A stretch of 64,000 nt of DNA. Origin: Eukaryota sp. GEM-RC1 (Eukaryota). The stretch lies in contig JAUFOQ010000006.1 of assembly GCA_040285855.1 (NCBI GenBank), positions 1,178,001 through 1,242,000 of the forward strand. The letters run 5' to 3'. This document shows positions 61,085 through 64,000 of the stretch, in pieces; within the stretch, counting starts at the first letter, position 1; each line of letters opens with the position of its first letter. The position numbers and the translations under genes are program-made. The notes beneath the pieces were generated by a model. It saw nothing but the letters and a program-made list of their open reading frames with translations, had not been told where the DNA came from and ran no database searches.

Positions 61085-62740
61085 TTACATACATCTAATA
61101 ATCAATATCCTCAAGGTCCAGATTGCCTATCTGGAAATTCTCACCTACCTTGTCTTCATACTGTCTGCCAACAGATAATAAAGCGCTAGATATAATTCGG
61201 TTTTTCCAAAATCTAAGATCAAATGTCCTAGATGTTTTTTCGTTCATAAATATTTCAAGTAATGATGTTGCAGATTCATCTAAAGAACCGTACATTGAAA
61301 ATACAAAAGGGTACAACAAGTAAATCGAGTGTGAAACTGAATTCAATAATTCCAATTTAGCACAATATTTTTGCATTTTACATTTTTCACCAATCAACAA
61401 GGGGTTTTTAGCATTAGATTTAGCAAGTTTTTGTTGGAATCATTACAAACATCAATAGACATAACATCAGCAACAATGAAAGATCCATCGAGACCAGGAA
61501 ATATGACATCACCACGGCTAATTCCCAACAATTTGTCAAGATCCGAATCATCAAACAAACCAGCAGAACTGGTTCCAAAAAGGAAACTATTCCATAAGAT
61601 TTACACATACAATATAATTGATCCCTTACTGAATCATGAACCTTACTTCTAAACGAAATAAAACGGTTACAATTCAATAGATGTGTAGGTGTTACAGATT
61701 GCCCACATTGGCATTTCAAATTTTGTGGAAGGTTATCACGCCAAATATATGATCGTAAACGCATGTTTAATGACCAAGAGTTATCATCAAGAAAAAGACC
61801 GTAAACTTGAGGGATTTGAGTAATCAGACATGAAGCAGAGCTATTGGAAACTTCCGTTAAGAAATTTGCAAAGCGGGATTTTTTCCTTGGCCGAACGTTA
61901 TAATCCAAGCTTTCACAAATATTTGTTAGTTTCTGTTTTTTTTACAAACATAATAAGAGTTTATTTGCAACAATATATTAATACATACTAATTCAGAAAA
62001 TGAAAGAAGTTAAATTCTCCACATCAACACGAGAATTGTCCCTATACAACTTCGCATAAATGGAACATAAATACTTGGGAATGCTACTATAAAGAGCGAA
62101 CATAATTCGATTAATCCATAGAGCGCTACTAAACACCTTGCCATTAGAACGACATAAAAGACTAAAATCACTGAAAAACTTTAAACCGGCTGGACCATTA
62201 TTACCAAAAATTGAAATCGCAAATGGAACAAATGAAAACTTAGATTATAGATTTTCATTAAGCTTCTGCAAAGCATCCGCATAATTTGAACACTTTAGCG
62301 GTTCAGCCTTTTCCAGATGACCATTCGAATCATTCAATATGGAGTCTTGGTAGACTTTTGAAAACGGGTCAGCTGTAGTAAAATCAACCACTACTTGAGA
62401 TGAATCCAGGAAAGGAGCAATTAAGTCACCACGCCGAGAATCAAATTTGTTAGTTTCTGTTGTAATTTTTTCAGGAAACACTGAGACCAAACGTCAAAAG
62501 GTAATTTCATCAACGCTTCGTTTAAGTCAAATAAATATTTACATGAATTGGGGTTAATAAGTGAAATATCATTAGGAAATCGATTGACAAATTCAAAAAT
62601 GAAAGTATTTCCACTCCCTAAAAAAGCAGATCTGCAAAGAGTAGGCGATTTGGTAAAACCAATACCACCAAAATGAGCAGAAGTAAACATATGACTTCTA
62701 AGTAACGTTGAATCAACTTCTAACAATGAAGCAAAAAATT
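61085..62740 (-). mobile_element. CRE-like family G interrupted by an oligo(A)-tailed family A copy (61938-62444)
   Basis: 17-bp TSD ATTTGTTAGTTTCTGTT at 61921-61937 and 62445-62461; G coding sequence continues on both sides. Confidence 0.88.
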
Positions 62741-62892
62741 AACCCTCATCTCCTTAAAATTGCAAAATATGGAATCTGAATAAATATGTATTTTTATCGA
62801 ATCACAATATCATATTTAATTGAATATTGATTAGTCCTCTCTGATAGAAACTCGCCAAAAATCAAATATTATGATAGAGAGTGGGTGATCAC

Positions 62893-63051
62893 CAGGGATC
62901 GAAAAAATAAATTGTATTGCAATATATTGCAAGTATTTACTGCAATCACCACAATTTCCAATATATTTATTGCAATGATCACATTTTCCAATATATTTAT
63001 TGTACATATTTTTTGTTCGAAATATATTGCAATATATTTTTTCGATCCCTG
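62893..63051. mobile_element. 159-bp hAT-like MITE with ATTGCAAT repeats
   Basis: TIR CAGGGATCGAAAAAATA; TSD GTGATCAC/GTGAGCAC (7/8). Confidence 0.8.
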
Positions 63052-63934
63052 GTGAGCACTCAAGATAATTATGAACTAAAAGTATACAACTTCATCTACT
63101 GGTAGATTCAACTTCTAAGGTCTTTGTTGTGATTACAGTTGGTGTTTGTAAAAAAAGTGCATTTAATCAAGCCAAAAATGAAGTTTCTCCCCTGACTTTT
63201 CAGAAAAAGTGAAGAGCAATCAAAATCATGCTCCATCACTATCCATTTCAACGAGCACCTATTCCATAAGAGGTTGTCGCAGATTACGTTGTTGGCCTCA
63301 TATCCGCTCAGCTGAGATAGTGGGAGAGGAGGCAGTGTTTTTGAATCAGTCAGTAGAAGTCATAACATAATTGATGAATTGAAATTTCCTGTACACACAC
63401 AACTTCACACTACAATTGTACGTACTTTTGCAGAAGAAACAAGGTATTTGGTACTCAAGCAGTATTTTTGTCACATACATTGAATATGCAAATAAATAGA
63501 ATGAATAAGACTAAATACTAATACTTTTTTTTCTCTTCATGTCTGCTTATGACATCATCTTCTTCTGTTAAGCCCCCAAGAGGTCGCCCTAAAGGTTCAG
63601 TGACTACTTGTTCTGTTTGTAAATTCAGTCAATTATCACTAAGTATCAAGACCAACTGTACACTTAACCCTCCTAATTCAGCCTCGATCTTCAACAGATA
63701 GAAATAGAATGGATAAACATGTGTAGATGCAAACATTGGTGTCCTATGAAATGATAAAAGCAGTAATCCAGAAATGACGGTCCTTTTGGAGTGTGACACT
63801 GGTACAGTCTGATCAAATTAATTGGGATGGATACAGATTGTTTGTACTCGCACACTTACAGATGGAAGATTTTAAAACTGCATTACAGTTTCGCACTTCT
63901 TCTCAGAATTTGTTTAAAAGCAAATACAGTATAC

Positions 63935-63995
63935 TTTACTTCTTTCATTTTCTGAATTAGTATGTATTAATTTATTGTTGCAAATAAACTCTTTA
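63935..63995 (+). mobile_element. ~60-nt family A 3' tail
   Basis: Near-identical to 48331-48391. Confidence 0.8.
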
Positions 63996-64000
63996 GTTAA

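Noticed and set aside
63549..63700. PRGRPKG + CSVC resembling a MULE transposase C-terminus
   Set aside because: Short and degenerate, with no TIR or upstream domain found.
1..64000. tRNA, rRNA or spliced-leader RNA genes as CRE targets
   Set aside because: None was recognised by eye; a covariance-model search would be needed.

Overview
AT-rich, gene-dense eukaryotic DNA with only tiny (~30 nt) GT-AG introns, most likely from an anaerobic protist (inferred from the PFO gene; the taxon cannot be fixed from this window). Recognisable host genes are Cdt1, INO80B/Ies2, LSm7, SUMO, a RING-kinase-Sel1 protein, a PFO-flavodoxin fusion, PIG-V, PA28, eIF4G (plus a decayed tandem copy), a small histone-fold protein, TAF7, a secreted permuted NlpC/P60-like protein, an MGRN1/LOG2-like RING ligase and BTB-family members. 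Roughly a quarter of the window (~15 kb, my estimate) is 5'-truncated RLE-type (CRE-like) non-LTR retrotransposons from at least 8-9 lineages, several nested in each other with clean target-site duplications (TSDs). Also present are a decayed Fanzor1 (eukaryotic TnpB-like RNA-guided nuclease) gene at ~50.4-51.8 kb, a Mutator deletion derivative and several hAT and Tc1-like MITEs, two of which share one triplicated 8-bp target. Five otherwise intact host genes carry single-base frameshifts, probably assembly indels. All family assignments are from motif recognition by eye; no searches were run. Retroelement family letters A-I are my own labels.
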